DNA of 46,988 nucleotides, filler included, from Mitosporidium daphniae (taxonomy: Eukaryota): NCBI RefSeq assembly GCF_000760515.2. It is 2 parts of 2 records of this genome, joined end to end, with 100 filler letters (N's around TTAATTAATTAA, not from the genome) between each part and the next. Parts side by side here need not be neighbours in the genome. Positions count along the whole stretch, not along the records: positions 1 to 23,816 come from NW_013546146.1; positions 23,917 to 46,988 come from NW_013546145.1. One strand, given 5' to 3'. Below the pieces are notes generated by a model that made no database searches, had not been told where the DNA came from, and was given only the letters and a program-made list of their open reading frames with translations. The number at the start of each line of letters is the position of its first letter. The stretch's first letter is position 1. Made by a program: the position numbers and the translations under genes. This document shows positions 21,255 to 33,514 of the stretch, one piece after another.

Positions 21255-21681
21255 AAAATTTGGCAATTGAAGACAAAAATGGCGGTAAGATGTCCCACAA
21301 TCCGCAGGTCAAACGCAATGCGTAAAATTATCATCAAGTATTATATTGGAAACGTCGCATTTCTTGGTGCCAGATTGTTTGAAATATTTCATGCAAAATA
21401 TCTCTCCATATCATGCATGTACAGATTGGGTAAAAACCTGCTCAAAAGGCAAATGGAGCAAACAAATTGCCGAAAGAAAAATGGAGAAAACAAATTTCCA
21501 AGGCTAAAGCCCTGTTTCGGGGCCGCTTGCTGCCGTGATAAGAGAATTCGCCGCATTTGGACCGAGAAAATATTCTATACTTTCCACAATGACAGGATCG
21601 GTTGGATTCATCTCTGATGAAAGCAATAAAAAACTACATCGTTCAATTACCACTCTCGCCGTCAATTATGCCGATAATAAT

Positions 21682-23601
21682 TTAATTATTTCCAGGCTTA
21701 GTGCCAACCCGGAAGTTCCGAGAGAGCAAATCGTACTCGAGATGTTCACGCTCAGATACGGAAGGTCTTACCGTTGACAGGGCCGAGTCAAAATGTTCCC
21801 TGCTAACAAAGAGGTTTCCAGAGCCCGGCTCTGAGAGGGAAAGGAACGGCTGGATTGCAAGTTCGGAGGCAATTCTGACCAGATTAGAAAGATCAGCCCC
21901 GCTGTATCCTTCCGCTGAGTGCGCGATGGCCTTCAAATCAACATCATCCGCCACTGGCGTTTTCGCAGTAAGCTTGACAAGAATCTCAGATCTCTCTTCC
22001 GACGTTGGCAGTTGAACATAAATATGCTTATCAAGTCGCCCTGGCCGCAACATTGCGGCATCAATCATGTCTACAAAATGAAAAGGCCCATTAATGCAAA
22101 CCTGGTCTGTTGGTGGCTCCGATGATGTATACATTTCTCCTACTTTCAAGGCCATCAAGCTCCGTCAAAAACTGGTTGACCACTCTGGCCGCATGGTTTT
22201 CGCTCGGATCCGATCGGTGGGCACACAGCGATTCGAGCTCATCAAAAAAAATAATACAGGGCGCTGAGATCTTTGCGCGCTCAAAAACGGTCCGTACCGC
22301 CCGTTCACTCTCGCCCACATATTTGTTGAGAAGCTCGGGCCCTTTCACAGATATGAAGTTGGAATGGGTCTCATTAGCCACTGCTTTGGCAAGGAGTGTT
22401 TTTCCACATCCAGGAGGCCCCCATAGCAACACGCCGGAAGGTGTCGTTATTCCAATGCGTGCAAAAAGATCTGGATTCCGCAACGGCTCCACCACAGCCA
22501 TCCTCAATTGATCCCTTACGCTTTTAAGAGCCCCGATGGAGTCCCAAGTGGTCTCTGGGGCAATGGCGAACCCCTCTCTTTTTGCAGCAGGCTGAACTGT
22601 AGCAAGTGCAGTCTGTATGTCGGCAGCGGTGATGTGCAACATCGAATCTGGCTGCCCCGATTGATGGAACCGGTCAATGGCCCTGTGCCCCGCCTCTCTC
22701 AAAAGAGCTTTTATGTCTGCTGGCGCAAAACCGGGGATATTCCTTGCCAATAGCGCCAAGTCAACATCCCGGGAGAGTGGACTTTTGGCGGTCATCAGGG
22801 CAAGAATTTTTCTCTTCGAGGCCTCATCAGGGAGCCCAATATTGATTTCTCTGTCGAAACGACCGGCTCTTCTTAGAGCCGGCTCAATGTGCTCTGGACG
22901 CGATGTTGCTCCAAGAACAACAACCTGGCCTGGCTTTATGGAATCTAGTGAAGCCATCAGCTGGCTCACAATGCGTCTATCCATATCCCTTTGAGTCGAT
23001 TCCCGTCTACCACAAATGAGGTCGATCTCATCAAAGAATATGATTGAAGGTGCATGTTTCTAAACAAGCATCAAGAAAAGTAATCCATACCAAGGCAGAA
23101 TCAAAAATGGCTCTAAGATTGGCCTCGGATTCCCCGCTTACTCCGGACATGACTTCTGTCGAAGTGACGTCAATAAAAGGAATGTCAAATTCGGACGCAA
23201 TCGCATGGGCCAAGCTTGTTTTTCCACTTCCGGTTGGCCCGAAAATCAAAAGTCCTCTAAAAAGTTTAGCGGTAAAAAGCATACTTTGGAGCTTCTATTC
23301 CAAGCCTTTCATAAAGCTCTGGATGCTTCAGGGGGCGCTCAATGTTGCTTTTGATTTCGCCAATAATTTTTTCAATCCCCGCAAAGGAGGAAAACTTTAA
23401 CCCATCGTGTGAAGCCTTTCTAGGTTGCCATCTAGACTGAGGAGATGGGGCTTCTTTGGGTAGTTTCTTCTTCCTCTTGATAGATCCATCTGAAATTGGC
23501 GTGTGGTTTTCTGTTGAAACCTGTGCGGTATTGCTGATATCGCTGCCTGGGCTGTTCACAATATTCATGGCCTTGTATCGATCGACCAAAAGCCTATTCA
23601 T
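21682..23601 (-). CDS. RIX7: Ribosome biogenesis AAA-ATPase Rix7/NVL (3 short introns; start approximate)
   Basis: Two AAA modules GPTGSGKT and GPPGCGKT, SGVSGESE, RRAGRFDREI, ELLNKYVGESERAVR. Confidence 0.9.
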
Positions 23602-23816
23602 AAAGCAAAAATTTGGACTGTAAATTTTAAATTCATTATTGAGCCATACAGTTGTTTACTGGTGCCCCCCCCAATCCAATATTTTGTCTTGCAGATTGAA
23701 CGTCCATGTCAAGCTTAGTAAATGCAGTGGCATTTTCAAATTTCGACACAACTATTGCCCAATTAATGCAAATTGGGAATCGTTAATGTGTGCTGGTTTT
23801 CAGTACAAGGGTGATG

Positions 23817-23916
23817 NNNNNNNNNNNNNNNNNNNNNNNNNNNNNNNNNNNNNNNNNNNNTTAATTAATTAANNNNNNNNNNNNNNNNNNNNNNNNNNNN
23901 NNNNNNNNNNNNNNNN
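23817..23916. other. Artificial scaffold spacer N44-TTAATTAATTAA-N44
   Basis: 100-bp symmetric N gap with a six-frame-stop linker. Confidence 0.97.
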
Positions 23917-24321
23917 ATTTTTATTCCAAATCGCCGCCTCTTATTGCCTCCTCCTCTATTCTCTTAAAAGTAGCTTTTGCAAAATCTTCAAGCCCTATGC
24001 CTTTAAATCAGCTTCATTCGAGAGGTTTTTTTTGCATTTACAGAGCCTTTTGTAAGAAAAATCTGTGCCATAAATGACACCTCACATGGATGACTCGATG
24101 GATTAGACTTCAAGATAAGTTGTCAAATTCGAGGCATAGATTTCCTCGAAATTATTACAGAATCACAGTATCCACAGAATAAATCATTAGCAGTAACATG
24201 ACGACATGCCCATCCTGATCAGGTTAGAGCCCTACATGTTCCAAGCGGTCTAGAAAGCCCAGGAGATACTCGAGGTTAATTTGGGCAGTTTGATTTAAAA
24301 TTTATTTTTCAAATCAGCCAA

Positions 24322-27300
24322 ATGCTGAACGACTATGGCGTTATGTTAAGCGATTCTCTGCTTAACGCGATTTCGGATTATCACCAAGGGAACATCGATT
24401 CTTTTAAATGCATCATTAATAGCGTGCTGAATGATTCTTGTAAGTTTAAAGTGAATTATTTTAGCTCTTAACGGGTCTTCAGAAATTGAACCTGGTATGA
24501 ACTATCTTCACGATAGGCTTTGTTCTCTGATTTGTCTTGGCTTTTATTCAATCTTCCAGGGAGATGTAGAAAAGGATGCTCGAAAAAGCGCCTTTTTCTA
24601 CGACGAGGCCGCAACGTTCCTCAATGAATGCGACAAGATAAACCCAGAACATCCTCTGCTTTGGGTTTCTAAGGGCGTCCTCATTATGGCCCGCAATAAA
24701 ATGCTGCGAGAAAGACATGTATATGAATCGGCTAGGGCACATTTCCTATTTGTATTGGAGAGGTATCTAGACTTCACCCCTGCACTGATTGGGCAGGTTG
24801 TTTTTCTCATTTTATTTGTAGGCAATTGCAGAATTTTCAATGGGAGAATATAAAGACGCCATTAGATCATTAAAGCACATTCTGTTGTCGGAAGGGAGTA
24901 AAAATACACCGCCCGGCGTTAGGACTGCCCTCGGATTGTGCTTCTTCAACCTACAAGATTACCAATCCGCCAAAAAGTGTTTTCAAAGACGAATATCAAT
25001 AGCTGGTGATGCTCCGTGTTCCATTTCACTATACGCCCTGTCAAGGATTGAAAAGGAGACCAATCCAGATTCGGACGAGTATCTTTCGTATCTAAAATCG
25101 GCATATTCCCACTCCAAAAGCAACCCACTTGTCCTCAATGCGCTTTCGGAATATTTCTTTAAAAAGGAGGAATTTCAAAAGGTTACAGTAGCCCTTGATT
25201 TTTATAAAGTGTAGGCCGAGGCTCTTGCATTAAATGCAATTAATTTTGGATTTTCCGATAAAGGAAAGGCTCAAAGCTGCTATATTTTGGGCAAGATATA
25301 TCATTGCCAAGCCAATTTTGACGATGCCTATGCATACTACTTTCAGACGACGAGATTTGATGCTGATTTTGTTGCTGCCCATTTTGGACTTGCACAGCTT
25401 TATTTCCAAAAGAAAGACTTTACATCGGCAATATCGGCGTTGGAGCTTTGTTTAGACCTTTGTCCAAATCAGCCAGCCTCTTTGAAATTGATATCTTTTC
25501 TCTATACGTCCAACCTAAAAGATAGGAAAAAGGCCATAAAGGCCATGAAATCCCTTCTTTCGATGGACCCAAACGACCTTGATACTATGCTACAATTGGC
25601 TTCACTTGTAGAGCAAAGTATTGCAGAAGATGCTGTTGCCTTGTACGAAAAATCTGTTTCCATTCTGAATTCGTCGATCGCACCTATCCCAATTGAGGTT
25701 TTAAACAATTTTGCTGTGCTGATTATGGAAAAAGACCCGCAAAAGGCTCTTTCTTTGCTGCAGGAGGCAAAGGGATCGCCAAGCTTAGAAGCCTCCGACC
25801 TGAGAATAGCATCTATCGAATATTCTATTGCTAGAGCATTGGAGATGCTCGGAAAATTTCAAGAAGCCATTGAGATATACAAGGCCTTGATTGCATCCAA
25901 CTCTTCAAAGCAATTGTTGTCACACGTCAGACTTGGTTTGATTGCGATGGAGCTTTCTGACAAGGCATCATCGGACTACTTTAAAGATGCCATTGGTTTG
26001 AAAGAAGCTTGCAAAGAAGCTTGGGCAGGCCTTGCATTGCTCCATTTGCGGTCAAAGGCCGTCACGTTGGCAAGGAAAACCTTTGAGAGAATCCTATCGA
26101 AAATCGATAAACACGATCTATTTTCTTTGCTGTCTCTTGGAAACATCCATCTCATTATTGCTAAGCACGAGAAGCGCAACAGCCAAAATACCTGGGAGGC
26201 CTCTTTAGGCAGAGCAATAGAGTTTTTCCAAAAATGCCTAATGCTGGATAGCAACAATTACTTTGCAGTCAATGGGCTGGCAATAGCTATTTCTATGAAG
26301 GGACCCACTTTCCTTGCAGGATGCAAGGATGCCTTTCTCGCGATCAGACAAGAGGAACCGGGCTTCATTGATGCCTGGATCAACCTTGCCCACATTTATG
26401 TTGAGGAGCAGCATTTTGCCGCTGCCCAAGGTATCTACGAACATTGCTGGAAAAAGCTATCGACAGAGAAAATTGAATTTCAGGCTGCTGGTCGGCCTCT
26501 TGGCGACCGCGAAAAGATCATCTCTGATCTTATGCTATACATTGCAAAGAGCTTTTATCTAACCGGAAAGGCAGTCAAGGATGGAACCGCCTTCTTAAAA
26601 TCCATAGAGTGGCTTCAAACCATAAACCCCAGCACGCAGGACGAAAAACTGATCTTATCGTTTAACGAAGCAATTGCCAGACAAGAATATTCGGCGTGTG
26701 TTCTTCAGAAGGACATTAACTCCCAATCTTTTGCCGACGTCAAGTGTGCACTTGACAACCTGGACAAGGCTGCTTTGATGTTGGAGCACTTGTGCATCAG
26801 CATTGGCGAAAAGCACTCGGCATCGCCGGCCACATCCTCGCTTCAGGTTGATACGAAAATCGCGCGACAGCGAATCAAATATTGCCATAGTTTGAAGGCA
26901 TCTGCTCAGAAGCAATATGAGCAGCACTTGGACAAAGAACGGCAACGGAAAGAATCTGAGGAACAATACGCGAAGGCCATGGCTGAGGCGGAGTTGAAAC
27001 GGGAAGAGGAAAGGCGATTGTTTGGAGAGGCAAAAAAGAAGGAGGAGCAACAGATTGAGGAGCTCCGTCGAGCAACTCGTGAGCGACTGGCAGAATGTCA
27101 AGCAAAATGGAAAATCGAGTCCCAAAACGAAGAGATTTGTATCAAAAAAAAGAAGAGCAAAAAGCGGCTTAGGGTTTCGCTTTCTGATGAAGAAGATTCC
27201 CAGCATGAAGCACAGAGCGACCATGAAGATCAAACCGGCCATCAGGAGGAGACAAATCAAATGGACATTCGTGGTCAAGCTCATCGAATAGGTAATGTTA

Positions 27301-27491
27301 GCAGTGAAAATCCCGTCGAAAGTAATGAGGATGATGAACAATCCCACACAAAAGACATGTCTATGCACACACAACACGGCCGAGATGCCCACAATTCGCT
27401 CTCCGAAATGGAGCAAGACTATAAGGCTACTGATGCCAAGCATGATGACAACCCGGCCATTGGCAATGACCTCGAAATGAGTATGCAATAA
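24322..27491 (+). CDS. CTR9: PAF1 complex TPR subunit Ctr9; introns about 24440-24464, 24796-24820, 25182-25214; start approximate
   Basis: TPR array, EVLNN, KHDLFSLLSLGN, NNYFAVNGLAI, DAWINLAHIYVE, charged C-tail. Confidence 0.88.
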
Positions 27492-27587
27492 AATGCCTTT
27501 CAAGATCTCTCAAATGGCCCGTTTTGGACCTTTGGCGTTCCAAAAATTGGCAGCAGCCTGACGGCTCAAACAATACAAGTCCTTTAT

Positions 27588-27959
27588 TTAATGAAAATTT
27601 TTCTCTTGCTGGGGATTATTTCTAAAGTTTTCAACTGCCGTGATAAAGTTTTTATCCAAGCTGTTCCACTCACTGATCGAGGTTTCCAGGGCCGATATCA
27701 ATGCAGCTTGCGGGGTAAATTGCGGCGTCGTTTGGATCCTTATTTGGATGTTGTGTTCAAGCGGATGCGGGACCTTGTACGCTGCAAATAAGGTTGTCTT
27801 TTGCTTCTGCAAAACGCTTGTCAAAATCGTTCCAAGTGTATGGTCTTCACGATAAATCGTGTATGTCGTCGTATTGGGGAGGCGGGTGTCCTCCACAGCC
27901 TCGACCTTGGAATGACCCTCTGGAATGAAGAAGAGCTCATGGGGCTCTGGAGCATTCAT
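27588..27959 (-). CDS. RPB11: RNA polymerase II subunit RPB11
   Basis: MNAP..ELF, EDHTLG, FAAYKVPHPL, RIQT. Confidence 0.95.
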   Translation of the reverse strand: MNAPEPHELFFIPEGHSKVEAVEDTRLPNTTTYTIYREDHTLGTILTSVLQKQKTTLFAAYKVPHPLEHNIQIRIQTTPQFTPQAALISALETSISEWNSLDKNFITAVENFRNNPQQEKNFH

Positions 27960-27994
27960 TTTAAAATTAACTTAAATTTTAATAATTTATAGCC

Positions 27995-29827
27995 TCATCC
28001 TGAGGGCTTCTTTGCAGCTTTGACTGATTTGGCAATTTCTTTAAATCGCTCAATGACCTGCTTTTTGGTCTTGCTAGGAATAGCATCTGCAATAAGATCC
28101 CATCTGTTTTCGATGGAAACAGGATACTTTCTAAGACCCTCTTCGAGGAGTAGCTGCTCGGCCTTTGTCCAAGGCTGAACACTTTCATGGTCCTTGGACG
28201 AAGGCACGGAGGGCATATCAACTCGAGGGTCGATTTTTTTCTTTATCGAGAGCTGTAGTTCGTTATCATCGAGCTTATCAAGTGCAGATTTGCCCAGCTT
28301 TTGGATCTCCCTGCTTTTTTCGATGATTTCGTCATTCGAACGGGTATGAGAGACACCGGCATGTTCCCTCACATAAGAAGCAATTTTTTCCCATCGCAGT
28401 CTGGTTCCTCCTGGAATTGTATTACATGCTTTGATTAGGCATTGAATTTCCGAAGCGCTCCACTCGGTCTCTATTTTTCGATTTGAATTTGGCGCATCAG
28501 CAGATGCTGTAACAATGATGGGGCCCTGGCTTTCTTCTGTGCTTTCTTTTGTGTGTTTTTGCGCTGCCAAAGAAGGCGTGGTGCTCAATTCAAAGTTTTT
28601 GTAAAACGAGTCAACATTCCCGGTCTCCTGACATATCTGGATTTGCTTTGAAATAAATGCTGAAAAGACATCGAGTTCTTCAAGAGAGGAGAAGCTTTCA
28701 AGTTTGCATTGGATCATGGCAATGCGCTTTTCTAACAAATCCAAATCGGCCGAGGGTGTAAAGAATGAATGCTCCTTGAGTTTCGAGCGAATTTCTTTTC
28801 TTGATTGCCTAAGAACGGATCTTTCCAGCTCCTTTTGCTTTTTAATTTCCAACAACCTGGACTTTTCGGCCTCTTCGGCCAACCTTCTGCTTGCTATGTC
28901 ATTTGCCGTATTTGAGGGCGAAGAAAGGGCGGCCTTTTTCGGTGCAAGGGACGATGCCTTGAGCTTCTTTTGTGCCTCTTTTTCTCGCTTATCCTCTTCT
29001 TTGAATATTTTCAAACGGGGATCACTTTGGAATGCATTGTCCACAAGGTTTCTAACGCGTGCATTGTCTTCGGTTTTCCTTTTCAGCCTTGCAGTCTTAT
29101 TCTTCTTTTCCAAATATCTCTTGTCATATCTGTTATCAGCCTGGGAAGTATCCTCTTCATCCAAATATTCAAAGCTTCTTGTGGAATCAAAGTTATACCA
29201 AAACGTGTAAAAGGCCTCAACGTCCTTTCGAGCGGAATATGGATTTCCCAGAAATGGGACCGGTTTTATCTTTGAAAACTTTGCATTTGCATTGAACACG
29301 GGAATAAAGATCTTGTAAAAAGCCAATGGGTCGGACTCGTACTTCTTCTTCGATATCGGGTCTGGAATCGATTCGTCAAATTTGGGATCAACCGAGTCGA
29401 AAGCATGGCGCTGCTGGGGATCTGTCAGGATTTCATATGCCTTTTGGATGCATTTGAAAATATTGCAGTTCGTCTCATACTTGGAGGCATTTTCTCCCTG
29501 CTGTTGCTGCTGTTTGTCTGGGTGGTAGCGAAGAACCATCTTGTGATATGCGGCTTTGATTTCGGCGCCAGTGGCCTCTTCACGCCTATCTGATAGTCCC
29601 AATAAGCGATAATGATCCTGCTCTTTCCACTTTAACGGATCTAGCTTCAATAGATACATGTCATCAATTAGGGAGTTCATTTCGGAATCACTGTTGACAC
29701 AACCCTTGATTGGAATGTGCTGTGTACATTCATTTTGTAAAGCGCTAAAAATGCTTCGCCGAAACACTATAAGGTCCTTGCACGGATTCAAAAATGCATC
29801 CTCAGGGGTAAAAGTTGATATCCTCAT
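27995..29827 (-). CDS. ZUO1: Zuotin/DNAJC2 J-protein with two C-terminal SANT/Myb domains
   Basis: WKEQDHY, HPDK, FY.FWYNFDS.RSF, DPR; SANT motifs WS..E...L.KA...PGGT..RWEKIA and WT..EQ.LLE.GL.KYP..RWD.IA. Confidence 0.92.
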   Translation of the reverse strand: MRISTFTPEDAFLNPCKDLIVFRRSIFSALQNECTQHIPIKGCVNSDSEMNSLIDDMYLLKLDPLKWKEQDHYRLLGLSDRREEATGAEIKAAYHKMVLRYHPDKQQQQQGENASKYETNCNIFKCIQKAYEILTDPQQRHAFDSVDPKFDESIPDPISKKKYESDPLAFYKIFIPVFNANAKFSKIKPVPFLGNPYSARKDVEAFYTFWYNFDSTRSFEYLDEEDTSQADNRYDKRYLEKKNKTARLKRKTEDNARVRNLVDNAFQSDPRLKIFKEEDKREKEAQKKLKASSLAPKKAALSSPSNTANDIASRRLAEEAEKSRLLEIKKQKELERSVLRQSRKEIRSKLKEHSFFTPSADLDLLEKRIAMIQCKLESFSSLEELDVFSAFISKQIQICQETGNVDSFYKNFELSTTPSLAAQKHTKESTEESQGPIIVTASADAPNSNRKIETEWSASEIQCLIKACNTIPGGTRLRWEKIASYVREHAGVSHTRSNDEIIEKSREIQKLGKSALDKLDDNELQLSIKKKIDPRVDMPSVPSSKDHESVQPWTKAEQLLLEEGLRKYPVSIENRWDLIADAIPSKTKKQVIERFKEIAKSVKAAKKPSG

Positions 29828-29862
29828 GAAAATAAAAAAGTGCAAATGTTAAATTTAAATTT

Positions 29863-30982
29863 ATGGATCTTCAGGCCAACAATCAAAAGGGTAATGTTTC
29901 TTTGTTAATGCAATGTAGAATCAACAACAAACATTACACATGCAGATCTGGATCGTCGCTTTTACATGCAGGCAGAAAAAATACCCGAAATCCCGTTTCT
30001 ACCTACAGACAAAGTGGCGTCTAATCACGCTTCAATCCCAATATGTCCCGAAATTTGCGAGTCCAATCAAGAGGGCTCTAAAAACAACAACAACAACAGC
30101 AGCAACAAGAACAGCAGCAACAGCAACAACGAAACCACTTCCAAAACAAAGGATAGCATTCTCGAGCTATTTACTAAGCAATCAGATTCGCATCTAGAAT
30201 TCATTCGCATGAAGAGAGAATCGATTTTGAGAAAACTCGGTCAGCAATCAACAATCGTTCCCGCCTGGTCTGGAAGGCTGGTCTTCCCAGGTGTCTCTTG
30301 GTGTGATACTAGTGCTATCTTTCATTCTGTCTTGGGCCCTGTCGCGATGGGACCTGAATTAGGGCGTTTCTCTCACTTTAATTTGCCCCCCGACTTGTTA
30401 ATAGTGGGGCGGATTCCCATAGAATCGGTTTTTTCCTATCTTAGGCAGGTTTCTAGAAGCCCTTCTCGTTCGATCGGGTTCGCCCAGTTTATTGGAGAAT
30501 ATTCTAAACAACCAATCCAATTGCCCTCCACTCCAAGTGTCGAGGTCGAAACACCTCATCACAGTTCATTACATGAGCTGATTTCTCACCTACAAAAAGC
30601 TAATCGATTTGGTGTCATTTATTCGGGACTTAATCCGCCCTCCTCGTTTGCTCGGGCAGAAAATCTTATCGACAAAAAAACTGGCCTTTCATCTTATCAC
30701 GGGTGGTATATAAAAGACCTTTATGTCATGCCATATGAAGACGAAAAGGTGCTATCGGAACCATTGACTGATTTGGATACCGATCACATATTAATGGATG
30801 CAATAAATGTAAATCAAGAACCCTCGCATCTGTTTAAAGTAGATGAAGAAGCTTTTCAGAAAGGAAAAAATCTTCTTTTTCTTTTATTTGTATTCGCCAG
30901 GATGCCTGCAGCCTCGCCACTAACCACCGACATCGGTTACAAGTCCTCATCAGGCTCATTTAAATATAAAAGATTAACATGA
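29863..30982 (+). CDS. SPOC-domain protein (Bye1/PHF3/DIDO type) without PHD or TFIIS-M; intron 29891-29918
   Basis: WSGRL, LP.DLLIVGRI..ESV.SYL, L..HL...NRFGVI, IKDLYVMP; upstream exon splices in frame. Confidence 0.7.
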
Positions 30983-31015
30983 AATAAACATATGTGTATT
31001 TAAAATTTTAAAAAC

Positions 31016-31097
31016 TGATCAGAGCGAGGTTCGAACTCGCGCCCCCGAAGAGATGGCGGCCTTAACGCCACGCCTTAGACCACTCGGCCATCTGACC
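31016..31097 (-). tRNA. tRNA-Leu(AAG)
   Basis: 82 nt, GGTCAGATGGCCGAGTGGTCTAAGGCG start, TTAAGGC loop, long variable arm, GTTCGAAC. Confidence 0.95.
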
Positions 31098-31286
31098 ACA
31101 AATCAGCTTCGAGTTTATAATATAATGTTATCTATTATTCCACAACAAATTCTAACTTTAACATTAAAATCGATCATCCTTTAAATTGAAAATTTAAATA
31201 AGAATTTCCATTTCTAAAGGTAGATTCCGCTCCTCATATCGATAACTTTGCCTATTTTAATCTATTGTTTCTTTCTGATATTTTAG

Positions 31287-31735
31287 ATGCTTATCCCTAC
31301 GCCGAATCGCAAATTAATCCACCAATATCTTTTCAAGGAGGGAGTCATCGTTGTCAAGAAGGATTATCATCTTCCTCAACATCAGGAAATCCCTGTTCCC
31401 AATCTCCAGGTTGCAAAGGCGCTTCAGTCCCTACATTCCAGAGACTATGTCTCCCTCACATTCTCGTGGAAATACTACTACTATATCCTTACTGAAAAGG
31501 GTATTGAGCACCTCCGTCGAGAACTCAACTTGCCGACATCTGTTGTCCCAGCAACTGTTGCTAAAGCACTCAAGACACCAACGACGCTGGAAGAGCGTCC
31601 TTTTGGTCGTCGCTCTGGTCGTGATGAAGAGAAAAAGAAAGAAGCTGGAGCTTCCTCTGAATTCAAACCGCAATTTGTAAGTTGTTTCTATTCATCATTT
31701 TCTAGAGAGGAGCCGCTCGCCAGGCCCGCCAATAA
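31287..31735 (+). CDS. RPS10: 40S ribosomal protein eS10; intron 31677-31705; probable 5'UTR intron 31220-31286
   Basis: MLIP..NR..I..YLFKEGV, PNLQV.K..SL.SR, FSW..YY..LT..GI..LR..L.LP...VP.T. Confidence 0.95.
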
Positions 31736-32049
31736 ATTTCTTTTGGTTAATAAATAATTTAACCACAAAGTTCGTTTCCGAAAAATAGTCGCTCCAAAGG
31801 CCAACTGTGAACCAACAACCGACAAATATCTCGCAGATTAGGTTGGTGGTATTGGAAAGATTATTTTTTGTCCCTTTAGCCAAATTAAGTTATCTGTTTG
31901 GACCTCTTGGTTTCTGATGTCGTTTGGCACAATTTTTTAGGGGTAGACTAATTATGTGTGGGTGGCTAAATTTCGATCTCTTATGAATAGTAATTCCTAG
32001 AAGCTCTTGGACTTTTACTGAAATGTTAATTGCTAATGGCTAATCGCTA

Positions 32050-32103
32050 ATGGGTGAACCATACCAAATGACTGAACGATACCAAATGGGTGAACCACAC
32101 TAA
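32050..32103 (+). repeat. Imperfect 18-bp tandem repeat x3 (ATGGGTGAACCATACCAA-like)
   Basis: Read directly; preceded by GCTAAT x3. Confidence 0.75.
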
Positions 32104-32315
32104 ATGAGTTGCGAAAATCTTTTAGGCTGTCATATGCTACATAATCCTATGTTATATACGGGCCATAAAAGTATATCGAAAGTAGACACTAACCTATTAA
32201 GGATCTTTCTCCCTAATCATGGTCGCTTTAAAATGAGAGCATTGGCAAATTTTAACTTGTTGATCCAGAGCTGATTTGCAGTGTGTTGTGAATTGAATCA
32301 GGCGGCTTATTTTTG

Positions 32316-33454
32316 ATGCTACTTCAGCTTGGTGTATGTGCAGTTTTTCTATCCGTAATTGAGTATTTCTGGTTCAAATACAGATCGCTCGTTGACACGT
32401 ACCATGAAAACGTAGCCTTAAAGGTACTGCTTTGGGGGTATTTTCTAGCATTGTTATATTACCGGCGGATCGAATGGATTGGGACTAGCTATTGCCATGG
32501 AGCTTTCAAAAAGGGGGGCTCACATTACGATCGTTGCGAGAGATTCTCAAAAGTTATCGGAGGCTATTGATACCATTAAGGTAATCCATAACATGCATCC
32601 ATATCTCCAGAATGTGGCGAAATATCCAGACGCTCAAAAGTTTTCTTTCATTAGTGCAAATGTGACCGATGCCAAAGCGGGTCAAGTTGCTTTTGAAAGT
32701 GCAAATTCATCGCCCGAAATTGGCCCTGTTGATTGGGTCTTCACCTGTGCAGGGGCTGCGATCCCTGGATTTTTCAAAGACCAAATAGCCAATGATTTTG
32801 AAAGGGGAATAGCGTTGAATTACCTCGGAACGCTTTATACCTTAAAGGTTGCTATATAAGGTCTTCACACCCATCTTTAGGCCGCTGTAAAGTGCTGGAA
32901 GGGAGCTAATGGCCATATTTCGAAAAAGAAAATTGTAATTATCAGCTCCACTCTGGCATTAACTGGGCTTGTTGGCTATTCCCAATATGTCCCATCCAAG
33001 TATGCTACCAAAGGTATCAAATGCTATTCACGGGGCTTTTCTGTCTTTTCATTTTGTTTTTCCGTTTTAAATTTTAGGTCTTGCAGAAGTGCTACGGCAA
33101 GAGCTAGCTCAAGATGGCGTTGAAGTGCACATCTATTTTGTATCTACTATTTTGAGCCCAGGATATGCGCAAGAACAGCTAACAAAGCCCGAAATAACAA
33201 AGGCAATTGAGGGATCAACTACGGGGGAGGAAGATGCTTCTCCCGAGAACAGGGCAAAAACGCTGCTACATGGCATAATCAATGAAAACAGGTTTATGAT
33301 TGCTTCAGATTGGAGCACGTACGCTCTCATGCTTGCCTCTGCAGGAACTGCTCCCCGTCGGCTTTTTGGAGAACTGATCTTTGTGTCTCCTGTAGCCATG
33401 CTCTTTGTAGCCACCTGGCGCTATTATTGCGACTGGCTAATAACTCGAGCGTAG
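32316..33454 (+). CDS. TSC10: 3-ketodihydrosphingosine reductase (SDR), 4 introns
   Basis: TGGSNGLG, CAG.AIPG.F, NYLGT, GYSQY.PSKYA.KGLAE.LRQE, SPGY..E. Confidence 0.88.
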
Positions 33455-33514
33455 AATTTTGTTATCACGTAATAAGAAGCAATTTGAGAGCAATAGCATC
33501 GACATAAACGGATT

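Noticed and set aside
23817..23916. TTAATTAATTAA palindrome inside the N gap
   Set aside because: Symmetric 100-bp six-frame-stop linker; assembly artefact. Adjacency across it is not guaranteed.
26655..27503. 282-aa antisense ORF in CTR9 and similar shadow ORFs (849-1391, 19608-20063, 28704-29210)
   Set aside because: Antisense to conserved genes with no recognisable features of their own.
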